Positions 1 through 56,293 of a stretch of 64,000 bases of DNA are shown here, piece after piece. The notes under the pieces are model-generated. The model worked only from the letters and a program-made list of their open reading frames with translations, made no database searches and had not been told where the DNA came from. Position 1 is the stretch's first letter. The number at the start of each line of letters is the position of its first letter. Both the position numbers and the translations under genes were made by a program. Origin of the DNA: Paraspadella gotoi (taxonomy: Eukaryota; Animalia; Chaetognatha); assembly GCA_051294375.1 (NCBI GenBank), contig CM119266.1:7712606-7776605 (forward strand), in the 5' to 3' direction.

Positions 1-43191
<43,191 letters not shown>

Positions 43192-43510
43192 TTCTGTCGG
43201 GCCACGTCGGAAGATGCAAACAAAGAGAACTGGCCGATCCCACCCCACAAAGCTTTTTTGAGTCTTAATGTCCGAGAGAACGATGCGCGCAGCTGGTGTG
43301 TGACTGCATCACGTGCAATCGGGTTTAGGTTTGAAAACGAAGAAACTAAAAACGAATTTCAAAGGCATCGAAATAACTGGAAGGAATTCTTTGGCGGCTA
43401 AATGGGGAGACTGACAGACTGACAAAACGAGAGGCCGTCCAATCTACGCGTGGAGTGAGGGAAGGGGAGAGTGAGAGTGAATCTATGGAAAAAGTATCTA
43501 TGTTGCGGGG

Positions 43511-43543
<33 letters not shown>

Positions 43544-43658
43544 CCTGTAACCGGCCAGCCGGAACAACAGGTTCTTTTTGCATCCAAGCGTTTCTTTTTT
43601 AATAAATAGAAAAATATTTGTAATGAGTGCGTCCATCCCTTTGTCCGTATGCCAGGGG

Positions 43659-46600
43659 TCATAATTTATGATGGCTGAAAGGGACCGTCCGTCCCGCGGG
43701 ATACCAAGGCCTCTGGGCGTCGCAGTCGTCGTAGCCTTCGTCGATGGAGACGCGACTTCGGGAAAGACGCTTCATTCTATCGATGGAAACCTAAGAGAGA
43801 GAGAGAAAAAGATTTATTTATGGTTAATTATTTATAAGAAATCATATTAACTGACTAATTAAAGCGGAATACAAGCTTTGGCTTAAGGTTGGTGGCGAAC
43901 CGTATGTTTGTGACCAAAAAAAAAAAAACGAATGGCAATAGACTACAATCATGTATTAAGCATCGCTGAGATAACATTTTCGTTGATGTTACGTATATCT
44001 CATTTAAATATTAAAGATACTTTGGCAAACATCATCAATAATTTCATCTAGTTGCCAGAGATTCTTTCTCGCTTTTGAAAAAAAAAACTTGGTATAATTT
44101 TTCATACTACTTATTTTATACGAAATAGATAACTATATTTCTAGTTATATTCTAATAAGTGTATGACAATGACTACAAGAAGAATTGTGAGAACCTTTCT
44201 AACGAATCCATAAGAGAAAAGGTTATTAACCCAACCTGTCTCTCTTTCCTCTCGATCCAATTTAAAAACGAAGCTTCCGCCGCTTCCTCTTTCTCCCTCT
44301 CCTTCTTCCTCTTCTCCAAAGCCGCTTTCCTCTCGCTCTCCTTCTTTTCTTTTAACTTCTCCTTCTCCTCCTCCTCCTTCTGCTTCTTCCATCCGTTATA
44401 AGCGGACTCTTTCTCCTTCCTCTTCTCCTCCTTCTCCTCGATCTCCTTCTCCCTCGCCTCCCTCTCTTTCTTCTTCTTCTCCTTCTCCTTCTCCTTTAAT
44501 TTCTCCTCCTTTTTCTCCTTCCAATATTTAAAGTTCAACTCTGCTTGACTCTTTTTCTCTCTAATTTCTTCTAATTTCTTCCTTCGCTCCTCTTCCTCCT
44601 TTTCCTTCTTCCTCCTCCCCTCCGCCGCAACGGCTCTTCTCTTCTTCTCCATCCATTCTTTGTACTTCTTTAGTTTTTCCTCCGCCTCCGCCATCGTCGC
44701 CTGGGTATTGTAAAAATATTTCTTTATTTAATTTAATATTAATTGTCTTTTAATTTGTTATTATAACACTTTAAAGAAGATAAACAAAATTAAGTCAACC
44801 ATGATATAACCTTGTCAATCTCAGCTGCGGCGGCGGCCTGCTCCTGCTGGCGTTTGGCCTGCTGCATCTTGGTCAGGTACCAGGCAGCGAAGGTTGCCTG
44901 TTTTAAGGAGTCCGCATCCTCGGCTCCGCCCTGTGGTCGGAAGTGGACAACTTACCTTTCACTGCGTAAACATATGCATAGATCAACAAATATAAAATCA
45001 TACTGAGAATTCAAATTGTAGAATAAATGGTATATTAATCAAACCAGTTAATCATTTGAAACCTACAACCTGCCCATTGGGTGTCCAACTCACCTGTATC
45101 AACATCTCCCTCATCTGCGCCGGCGTCGGCCGCGGCGGGGGCGCCCCTTTGCGCGGCGTCACGTCGGTGAAAGGCTTCTGCGCCAACTTGACGACGGAGG
45201 GCGTTGCTGCGAGGGATGCTCTCTTGGAAGCGTTGAATCGGGAGACGACGTACGTGGAGACGGAGTCCAAGTCGCTCGTGGATCCGGAGCGTCGAAGGTG
45301 ATTCTTGCGGAGTTCCTTTAAAGGGGATGGGCGAGTGGAGAAGGATTCATGCCAGATATTTTGACTAAATTATTTTAAGTCATCGACAGTGGAAAATAAT
45401 ATGTTAATCAGTTATCAAAATGTAATCGCACTGTGATGTCCGTGTGATGACATTCAAAAATCAGAAATGTAATTTTTAGTTTTCCTCTCCTTATCACAAA
45501 ACGCTCTTAACTTATTCCTCTTCCCTCCACACTCCACAGTCCACATATCATTTCCTGGTTCTCCTTTCCCCCACCCGCTCTCTCCTCATTCTCCTTCCCC
45601 CCCCTCTCACCCCATGCCCCTTCTCTCCATTACCTTATTCTCTCTGTCAACCGTTCGAATCACATTATCGGCGATGATTCGATCCGAAGTTTGTTTCTTC
45701 TTTTGTTTCTTTTCCTTCGAAGTTTCTTCGTCGCTGGAATCGAGCAGACGCCTAATTCGCGCGTCCATCGCTGCGTCGGCGGCTGCTTCAGCGGCATCAG
45801 CAGCGGCTTTGGCCTTAGCCGCCTCTTCCGCCAAAATCTCCGCGACTGAAAGAGAACAAAGATTAAAATTAAATATTAATTATTAATTTTTTTAGAGTCA
45901 CGCGATACTGATTAAAATTAACGGTATTAACCTTTGCCTTCAACGTGACCCGCCGTCGTCTTTGACCTCGTGTTCGTCGCTGGCGTCTCCTCGAAATCGT
46001 CGCAAATCGAACTGACTTCGTCTTTCTTCGTCGAGACATCGTTTCTCTCTTCGTCAAGACTTTTTTCGACTCTCGCTTCGATTTCGCTCTTGATTTCGTC
46101 CTTGACTTCGTCCTTGACTTCGTCCTTGACTTCGCCCTTGACTTCGCCCTTGACTTCGCCCTTGACTTCGTCTTTGCTGGGGCGACGATTAGATTCGTCG
46201 TTGACGCTCCTCCGTCTCTCTTGGACCTTTCCCTCGATCTTTTTGTCCTTCTCTTTGTCCTTTCCTCGTTTATCTTTCTTTTTGTCTTCATCGCTCTCGT
46301 AATCGCTGAACGAACTGTAATCGTCTTCGTAGGATCGAAGCGGCGAATCTTTATCAGTCGACGACGACTTTCGTCCTTTGTCCTTCTTGACTTCATTGTC
46401 TTTTCCTTTCCCTCCCTTCCGCTTCTTCTTGTCCTTCTTGTCCCGACCCGGACTTACAGAATCTCTTCTCGATCTTGCGGAGCGGGTGTCGTCGTCGTCG
46501 TCGTCTTCTTCGTCGTCTTCGGCGATTGGATTTTGTTTGGTGAAAGATCGACGCCGATCTTGTGTTGAGTCGCGCTTCAAAATGCTCTGGAGATTAAATT

Positions 46601-47448
46601 TGAATATATAATAATAATAAATGAGTATAGAATGGCGAATTTAAAATTTAACTCACCTGCAGCGGCGGAGGCGTCGACGGGGAAGTCGGCGTCGCTCTTC
46701 CGGATGGCGGTGACGTTCGACGTCGCGGTTTGGTAGAATCACCGGCGCCCCTCGGCGACGCCTGAGTGCCGTCTCTAGTCCCGACGTCTCTAGGTGAACC
46801 TAGAACGCCATCTCTCGATGGCCGTCTCTGCTCCTGTCCTCCCGTGAGGCTCTGGCGTCCTGGCGTCGCCGTGGGAAGTGGCGAAAGGCGGGGAGTGGCG
46901 CCCGGAGCCCTTGGCGGAGAGAGACGCGGGGTGGCGCCGGAAATGGTTGGCGGAGAGAGGCGAGGGGTGGGCGTGGAAGGAGAAGCGTCGGCGGAAGGGG
47001 ATCGCGATCTGGGAATCATGTCAAGGCGTGAAGAAAAAAGATGACATGGGAGAATTTTTGAAATGCAAATAAAGTAAGGTACATAAACATATAAATACAA
47101 CAAGTAAACAACACGGTTCCATGAAATAAATATAATAATATTTAATATACATTTATTGGACTTCCTCCCTCTCAACCTGTTCGCCGGCGACGTTAACGGC
47201 TTCAAAAACGGAGGCGACGACGACGGCGACGCGGATGACGGCGTCGTCAGTGACGCTGACTTTCGAGATCTGGCGCCGGGAATGTCGCGCGGCGCCGACG
47301 AAGCCGGTAGATGGCGCGATCTGGCTGGAGGGAGGTCCTTCGGCGCCGAGAGCGCCGCCTCGTCGCGTGAACGACGTCGACGGGCGGCGCCCTCGTCTCG
47401 CGGCGACAGATCGAGACGCAGGGATTCGGGAAGAGGGGATCGACTCAT
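43659..47448 (-). CDS. MAP9: Microtubule-associated protein 9 (ASAP)-like
   Basis: Disordered S/P/R/D-rich N-half, then K/E coiled coil with spaced Trp motifs (YKEWMEKK, FKYWKEKK, YNGWKKQK, FLNWIERKERQ) and C-terminal RPWYPAGRTVP resembling the MAP9 PPWSPPSRTV end; probable ATG 47448; stop 43659. Confidence 0.72.
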
Positions 47449-47983
47449 TCTTTCTCTTTTGGTTCCGTCGTTCTCCTCGTTCTCTCGTTCTCCTCGTTCT
47501 CTCGTTCTCCTTGTTATGTTTTTAGTTTTCAATTGCGTAATTCTTCTCTCATAAGTCCGTTTTCTGCTCCTTTCAGCTTTAGTCAATCATATTTCTTTTT
47601 CTTTCTTTTTCTCCTTTTTTTCTTTTCGATGATCATTCATTCATTGATTCATTCGTCTGCGTTTAACTTATAACTCGAGCTTTTCGATCGTTTTTTTAGT
47701 ATCATTACTAAAACATAAAGAAATGTTTACTGGAAAAAAAAAGATAACACGGAAACGTAACAAAATAGTAGTATAGCGGAAAATATAAATATTCACATGT
47801 TTAACATAAATAAGGCGGGATCGTGATTGAAGCCAAAAACGCATTCAATTTTTTAAATTATTGGCGGAGTAACTCATCTCGCTGCTTATTTACCGTCATC
47901 ATCACTCTTTTCCTTCCCATCTGCAACCTGGATCATTTAAAATTAAAGGTTGCTATCTGCTTCTTCATCCATTGTCTATTGAC

Positions 47984-50900
47984 TTATTTTCTCGCCGCCA
48001 TCTGCTCCCTCAACCAAGGTCCGTCCTCGTAGTATCGCGGGTCACTCATTTTTAATGCAGTTCGTTTGTAAAAGTAGTAATAAGCGAGAGAGAATGTTCG
48101 TTGAATGCAGTAGAAGGCGGTCACGGGGTTTGTCCAAACCTGTGAGGTGGTAATCGTAAACAATGTATGAATAAATAAGGAAATCAAAACATAAATAAAT
48201 TTTATGAATAGAGCGATGAAAATCCCCCTTTGCCTTCTCTCAGTCGACAATCTCATTTGCATATTGCAGTATTTATCTCGTTGTGTTAATTACGCAGGTT
48301 TTTTTTACCCAATAATTCTTCTTTTAACGTTTTCAATCATTTCAACTTATTTACAAATTTTTAAGGGCATAACACATATTTATCTTCATAAAATCGTTAA
48401 AATTATACATGAATAATCCTGTTAAATATATTTTGCAAGAGGTGAAAAGACCATATTTAAAATGTAAATTTCGAAACATCTGATAGTACCTTAAATGAAA
48501 CTTTATACATTAAACGATTTTTTGCCTGCTTTTTTAATTCCATGCTTACGTCATGGGAGTCGTATTCTTTATGATCTAAAAAACTTATAAGACGTTGAAT
48601 TATGTAATTCGCAGCAATTGCTAGCAAAGTTTTGCGGAAGCCACTAACGACAAAGATGATAAATGCTTACTTGCGTGGCAAACATATGAGGCCGAGCTTT
48701 CTTGGACTAATTTTGTTGGACTGAACAGCTTATTTCACGTAGGAAAAAGCTGTCCAATAAAAATTGAATGCGGCAATATGCATTGTGTTCTTATGCTAAT
48801 TGAGTAAAAAAATGTAATAAATCTAACAAGGTCATTGGTGTTAAAACATCTATATTTATTCTCGGTGAAGGTAGTTGACGAAAATAATGAATGGTCCTAC
48901 CTCAGCTTCGGGGTGACCCCATCTCAATCTGAGCGTCCAAGCGTGAAGTCCGAGGGTGAGGAGGAAGTAGAGAAGTGTGACGGCGAGAGTCGTGGCGAAC
49001 TTACTCACGAGGATGGAAACGAGACCAGCCTGAGGAAAGAGCAAAAACTCATTGGTAAGTTTATACAAAACGGGATTAATTTTTTAAGACCGCTCCATTT
49101 CATCTTAAATATTACAGACCTGTGCAAAAAAAAAAGAGCTCACCCAAAAACATTATGAAAATAAATCAAGTTAGATTCCTTTTTAATGTAAGATTATATA
49201 AGTAAATAATATTTATAGAAAAAGGAACGATTGGTATAAATTTCAAAATTTGGTTAATCCATGGCTATCCGTTACGAAGCAGTGANNNNNNNNNNNNNNN
49301 NNNNNNNNNNNNNNNNNNNNNNNNNNNNNNNNNNNNNNNNNNNNNNNNNNNNNNNNNNNNNNNNNNNNNNNNNNNNNNNNNNNNNNNNNNNNNNNNNNNN
49401 NNNNNNNNNNNNNNNNNNNNNNNNNNNNNNNNNNNNNNNNNNNNNNNNNNNNNNNNNNNNNNNNNNNNNNNNNNNNNNNNNNNNNNNNNNNNNNNNNNNN
49501 NNNNNNNNNNNNNNNNNNNNNNNNNNNNNNNNNNNNNNNNNNNNNNNNNNNNNNNNNNNNNNNNNNNNNNNCAAATTTGTTTTTAAGTTACACATATGAT
49601 TTCCTTTTTTAGTCCTTATTTCCTATTCATAATTTTTTTTTAAAAAACATAAATACAATGCCCATAAATTAAGGCTAAAAANNNNNNNNNNNNNNNNNNN
49701 NNNNNNNNNNNNNNNNNNNNNNNNNNNNNNNNNNNNNNNNNNNNNNNNNNNNNNNNNNNNNNNNNNNNNNNNNNNNNNNNNNNNNNNNNNNNNNNNNNNN
49801 NNNNNNNNNNNNNNNNNNNNNNNNNNNNNNNNNNNNNNNNNNNNNNNNNNNNNNNNNNNNNNNNNNNNNNNNNNNNNNNNNNNNNNNNNNNNNNNNNNNN
49901 NNNNNNNNNNNNNNNNNNNNNNNNNNNNNNNNNNNNNNNNNNNNNNNNNNGAATGCTTGGAGTTGGACTGATTTTCTTATAACTTACATATATGGATTTT
50001 CGATTTCAAAATCTACATTTATCATTCATAATTTTTTTATAATATATTCGCAAAACAAGCGCTACTTAATGTTTGAAAAGTGACCTCTTTTTTGTGCACA
50101 GGACTGTATTTTTAATCTCTTGTGTTTAAGGTGCTGTAGCTCTGGAATGACTGGACAAATTTGTTTTTAAGTTACACATATGATTTCCTTTTTTAAAAGT
50201 CCTTATTTCCTATTCATAATTTTTTTTAAAAAACATAAATACAATGCCCATAAATTAAAGCTAAAAAGTATCTTCGGTTTTTGGCAGAAATGGTTTTTTN
50301 NNNNNNNNNNNNNNNNNNNNNNNNNNNNNNNNNNNNNNNNNNNNNNNNNNNNNNNNNNNNNNNNNNNNNNNNNNNNNNNNNNNNNNNNNNNNNNNNNNNN
50401 NNNNNNNNNNNNNNNNNNNNNNNNNNNNNNNNNNNNNNNNNNNNNNNNNNNNNNNNNNNNNNNNNNNNNNNNNNNNNNNNNNNNNNNNNNNNNNNNNNNN
50501 NNNNNNNNNNNNNNNNNNNNNNNNNNNNNNNNNNNNNNNNNNNNNNNNNNNNNNNNNNNNNNNNNNNNNNNNNNNNNNNNNNNNNNNNNNNNNNNNNNNN
50601 NNNNNNNNNNNNNNNNNNNNNNNNNNNNNNNNNGAATGCTTGGAGTTGGACTGATTTTCTTATAACTTACATAATACATATATGGATTTTCTATTTCAAA
50701 ATCTACATTTATCATTCATAATTTTTTATAATATATTCGTAAAACAAGCGCTACTTAATGTTTGAAAAGTGACCTCTTTTAATCATTCCAGAGCTACAGC
50801 ACCTTAAACACAAGAGATTAAAAATACAGTCCTGTGCACAAAAAAGAGGTCACTTTTCAAACATTAAGTAGCGCTTGTTTTACGAATATATTATAAAAAA

Positions 50901-53900
50901 ATTATGAATGATAAATGTAGATTTTGAAATAGAAAATCCATATATGTATTATGTAAGTTATAAGAAAATCAGTCCAACTCCAAGCATTCAAGAGCTATAG
51001 CTCCTGAAAGACAAGTGGTCAAAAAAATTCGTCATTTGAGTCGCTTCAAAAAACCATTTCTGCCAAAAACCGAAGATACTTTTTAGCTTTAATTTATGGG
51101 CATTGTATTTATGTTTTTTAAAAAAAATTATGAATAGGAAATAAGGACTTTTAAAAAAGGAAATCATATGTGTAACTTAAAAACAAATTTGTCCAGTCAT
51201 TCCAGAGCTACAGCACTTTAAACATAATAGGTTAAAAATACTTGAATATTTTTTGCTCTAACATTTTGTTTGAGTACTTAGTAGTTATAACTGAGTAATT
51301 ACTTTTAAAAAATCACTGCTTCGTAACGGATAGCCATGGATTAACCAAATTTATACCAATCGTTCCTTTTTCTATAAATATTATTTACTTATATAATCTT
51401 ACATTAGAAAGGAATCTAACTTGATTTATTTTCATAATGTTTTTGGGTGAGCTCTTTTTTTTTTTGCACAGGTCTGTAATATTTAAGATGAAATGAGCGG
51501 TCTTAAAAAATTAATCCCGTTTTGTATAAACTTACCAATGAGTTTTTGCTCTTTCCTCAGGCTGGTCTCGTTTCCATCCTCGTGAGTAAGTTCGCCACGA
51601 CTCTCGCCGTCACACTTCTCTACTTCCTCCTCACCCTCGGACTTCACGCTTGGACGCTCAGATTGAGATGGGGTCACCCCGAAGCTGAGGTAGGACCATT
51701 CATTATTTTCGTCAACTACCTTCACCGAGAATAAATATAGATGTTTTAACACCAATGACCTTGTTAGATTTATTACATTTTTTTACTCAATTAGCATAAG
51801 AACACAATGCATATTGCCGCATTCAATTTTTATTGGACAGCTTTTTCCTACGTGAAATAAGCTGTTCAGTCCAACAAAATTAGTCCAAGAAAGCTCGGCC
51901 TCATATGTTTGCCACGCAAGTAAGCATTTATCATCTTTGTCGTTAGTGGCTTCCGCAAAACTTTGCTAGCAATTGCTGCGAATTACATAATTCAACGTCT
52001 TATAAGTTTTTTAGATCATAAAGAATACGACTCCCATGACGTAAGCATGGAATTAAAAAAGCAGGCAAAAAATCGTTTAATGTATAAAGTTTCATTTAAG
52101 GTACTATCAGATGTTTCGAAATTTACATTTTAAATATGGTCTTTTCACCTCTTGCAAAATATATTTAACAGGATTATTCATGTATAATTTTAACGATTTT
52201 ATGAAGATAAATATGTGTTATGCCCTTAAAAATTTGTAAATAAGTTGAAATGATTGAAAACGTTAAAAGAAGAATTATTGGGTAAAAAAAACCTGCGTAA
52301 TTAACACAACGAGATAAATACTGCAATATGCAAATGAGATTGTCGACTGAGAGAAGGCAAAGGGGATTTTCATTCAATTTATTTATGTTTTGATTTCCTT
52401 ATTTATTCATACATTGTTTACGATTACCACCTCACAGGTTTGGACAAACCCCGTGACCGCCTTCTACTGCATTCAACGAACATTCTCTCTCGCTTATTAC
52501 TACTTTTACAAACGAACTGCATTAAAAATGAGTGACCCGCGATACTACGAGGACGGACCTTGGTTGAGGGAGCAGATGGCGGCGAGAAAATAAGTCAATA
52601 GACAATGGATGAAGAAGCAGATAGCAACCTTTAATTTTAAATGATCCAGGTTGCAGATGGGAAGGAAAAGAGTGATGATGACGGTAAATAAGCAGCGAGA
52701 TGAGTTACTCCGCCAATAATTTAAAAAATTGAATGCGTTTTTGGCTTCAATCACGATCCCGCCTTATTTATGTTAAACATGTGAATATTTATATTTTCCG
52801 CTATACTACTATTTTGTTACGTTTCCGTGTTATCTTTTTTTTCCAGTAAACATTTCTTTATGTTTTAGTAATGATACTAAAAAAACGATCGAAAAGCTCG
52901 AGTTATAAGTTAAACGCAGACGAATGAATCAATGAATGAATGATCATCGAAAAGAAAAAAAGGAGAAAAAGAAAGAAAAAGAAATATGATTGACTAAAGC
53001 TGAAAGGAGCAGAAAACGGACTTATGAGAGAAGAATTACGCAATTGAAAACTAAAAACATAACAAGGAGAACGAGAGAACGAGGAGAACGAGAGAACGAG
53101 GAGAACGACGGAACCAAAAGAGAAAGAATGAGTCGATCCCCTCTTCCCGAATCCCTGCGTCTCGATCTGTCGCCGCGAGACGAGGGCGCCGCCCGTCGAC
53201 GTCGTTCACGCGACGAGGCGGCGCTCTCGGCGCCGAAGGACCTCCCTCCAGCCAGATCGCGCCATCTACCGGCTTCGTCGGCGCCGCGCGACATTCCCGG
53301 CGCCAGATCTCGAAAGTCAGCGTCACTGACGACGCCGTCATCCGCGTCGCCGTCGTCGTCGCCTCCGTTTTTGAAGCCGTTAACGTCGCCGGCGAACAGG
53401 TTGAGAGGGAGGAAGTCCAATAAATGTATATTAAATATTATTATATTTATTTCATGGAACCGTGTTGTTTACTTGTTGTATTTATATGTTTATGTACCTT
53501 ACTTTATTTGCATTTCAAAAATTCTCCCATGTCATCTTTTTTCTTCACGCCTTGACATGATTCCCAGATCGCGATCCCCTTCCGCCGACGCTTCTCCTTC
53601 CACGCCCACCCCTCGCCTCTCTCCGCCAACCATTTCCGGCGCCACCCCGCGTCTCTCTCCGCCAAGGGCTCCGGGCGCCACTCCCCGCCTTTCGCCACTT
53701 CCCACGGCGACGCCAGGACGCCAGAGCCTCACGGGAGGACAGGAGCAGAGACGGCCATCGAGAGATGGCGTTCTAGGTTCACCTAGAGACGTCGGGACTA
53801 GAGACGGCACTCAGGCGTCGCCGAGGGGCGCCGGTGATTCTACCAAACCGCGACGTCGAACGTCACCCCATCCGGAAGAGCGACGCCGACTTCCCCGTCG

Positions 53901-55728
53901 ACGCCTCCGCCGCTGCAGGTGAGTTAAATTTTAAATTCGCCATTCTATACTCATTTATTATTATTATATATTCAAATTTAATCTCCAGAGCATTTTGAAG
54001 CGCGACTCAACACAAGATCGGCGTCGATCTTTCACCAAACAAAATCCAATCGCCGAAGACGACGAAGAGACGACGACGACGACGACGACACCCGCTCCGC
54101 AAGATCGAGAAGAGATTCTGTAAGTCCGGGTCGGGACAAGAAGGACAAGAAGAAGCGGAAGGGAGGGAAAGGAAAAGACAATGAAGTCAAGAAGGACAAA
54201 GGACGAAAGTCGTCGTCGACTGATAAAGATTCGCCGCTTCGATCCTACGAAGACGATTACAGTTCGTTCAGCGATTACGAGAGCGATGAAGACAAAAAGA
54301 AAGATAAACGAGGAAAGGACAAAGAGAAGGACAAAAAGATCGAGGGAAAGGTCCAAGAGAGACGGAGGAGCGTCAACGACGAATCTAATCGTCGCCCCAG
54401 CAAAGACGAAGTCAAGGGCGAAGTCAAGGGCGAAGTCAAGGGCGAAGTCAAGGACGAAGTCAAGGACGAAGTCAAGGACGAAATCAAGAGCGAAATCGAA
54501 GCGAGAGTCGAAAAAAGTCTTGACGAAGAGAGAAACGATGTCTCGACGAAGAAAGACGAAGTCAGTTCGATTTGCGACGATTTCGAGGAGACGCCAGCGA
54601 CGAACACGAGGTCAAAGACGACGGCGGGTCACGTTGAAGGCAAAGGTTAATACCGTTAATTTTAATCAGTATCGCGTGACTCTAAAAAAATTAATAATTA
54701 ATATTTAATTTTAATCTTTGTTCTCTTTCAGTCGCGGAGATTTTGGCGGAAGAGGCGGCTAAGGCCAAAGCCGCTGCTGATGCCGCTGAAGCAGCCGCCG
54801 ACGCAGCGATGGACGCGCGAATTAGGCGTCTGCTCGATTCCAGCGACGAAGAAACTTCGAAGGAAAAGAAACAAAAGAAGAAACAAACTTCGGATCGAAT
54901 CATCGCCGATAATGTGATTCGAACGGTTGACAGAGAGAATAAGGTAATGGAGAGAAGGGCATGGGGTGAGAGGGGGGAGANNNNNNNNNNNNNNNNNNNN
55001 NNNNNAAACCGATTTTCAGTTACCGATTTTCAGATACCTGGTTACACATATGGATTTCTCTTTCACAATTCCTCATTTCCCATTCATATTTTTTTATAAA
55101 ACATAAATGCCCATTGCCCATAAATTAAGGCTAAAAGTATCTTCGGTTTTTGGCAGATCTTCAAAAATAGTTTTTCCCAATCTGTTTTTGACAACTTTTT
55201 CTTTCGGTCTGAAGGTTGAAGGTTAGGGTTAGGGATTAGGTTTGGGTTAGGGATAAGGTTAGGGTTAGGGATTAGAAATTAGGTTAAGAATTTGGTTATA
55301 ACTTTAAGAACATATTTAATTTAATAATGAATTTGATTACGGGATAAAGGAACAGAGATGGAGCGCTCTGGGAAAAAATAGCCAGAAAACGTTATGGGTC
55401 AACCTTATTGTCAGAAAGTTTCCCCGAGGGGAAACAAAAGATTTCTTCTCTCTTCTCTTCCTCCTTCTCTCCTCCCATCTTCCCTCCTTTCAATTCCCCC
55501 CTCTCTACGTCCTTTCCCCACCTTCTCCACCTGAAATATGAAGGTGTTGAAGAAGAGGAGGAAGAGGATGATGAGGGCGAAGAGTATGCCCAAATCCTGG
55601 AGGACGTGGAGGAGGAGTAGGACGACGTCGTCAACGGGGAAGACCTCGACGAAGGAGTTGAAGAGAACGTCGACGAGGAGGAGGAAGTGTTGGAGGAAGA
55701 GGATCACGAAGTAGCGGACGCTGTCCAT
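47984..55728 (-). CDS. TMEM138: Transmembrane protein 138 (ciliary, Joubert syndrome gene in human)
   Basis: Exons 55728-55531, 49029-48901, 48139-47984: LQHFLLLVDVLFNSF..LQDLGILF..FFNTFIFQ|AGLVSILVSKF..LRW..|..QRTFSLAYYYFYKRTALKMSDPRYYED. Confidence 0.93.
49572..51230. repeat. Tandem repeat of a few hundred bp, gap-riddled, switching orientation at ~50780
   Basis: GAATGCTTGGAGTTGGACTGA and CAAATTTGTTTTTAAGTTACAC units repeat forward, then appear as reverse complements after 50780. Confidence 0.8.
51313..54980 (+). repeat. Inverted near-identical copy of 45601-49285 (TMEM138 exons 2-3 and MAP9 5' half); probable mis-scaffolded haplotype
   Basis: Reverse-complement identity with small indels; lies inside TMEM138 intron 1, ends at an N gap, lacks TMEM138 exon 1 and MAP9 3' exons, and has frameshifting 1-nt deletions (~53867, ~54069). 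Confidence 0.9.
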
Positions 55729-56293
55729 TTGTTTTTTTGGGGGGGCGAGGGGGAAGGGGAGGAAGAGGAGAAGAGAAAGGGGAGGCGGTTTCGAGGCGAG
55801 TCGCTGCTTTGTTTTGTTTTGTTTTGTGTTTCTTTGCTGTCAGAGTCACTTCACTCGGCTGTCAATTTCATTTTTGGGGTTTTCGATTTAGATCTGAATA
55901 TCAATGACAAGCGAAGACAATTGCAGGGTGAAACATTACACTACGTTTTGTGCAAAATCGTTATTATAAAACTACAAGAAAGACGGAGTGAGAGTAAATA
56001 ATGTAATTTGGTTAAAAATATAAAGGCGTTCCGTAAATCCAAATTTAAAACAAACTAACTCAAGAATAATTTTTGAGCGAAATCGATTTAAAATTTGCCA
56101 GTTTCTTTCTTTTTCTTTGTAATCCTTTTTTATCTTATCATACGCTCTTCTATCTTCTTATCCTCTTCTCATTTTCTTCTTCCTTCTCCTCCTCTTCCTC
56201 CTCCTCCTCCTCAAATCTCCAATACATCTCCTCTTTCTCCTCCTCCTCTTCAAATTTCCTCTTCTTTCTCTCTCTTCCTTCTCCTCCTCCTCC

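Noticed and set aside
55210-55310. TTAGGG-like tract as a telomere or chromosome fusion scar
   Set aside because: Short and degenerate, and shares a flank with 6975-7090, so it is part of a dispersed repeat.
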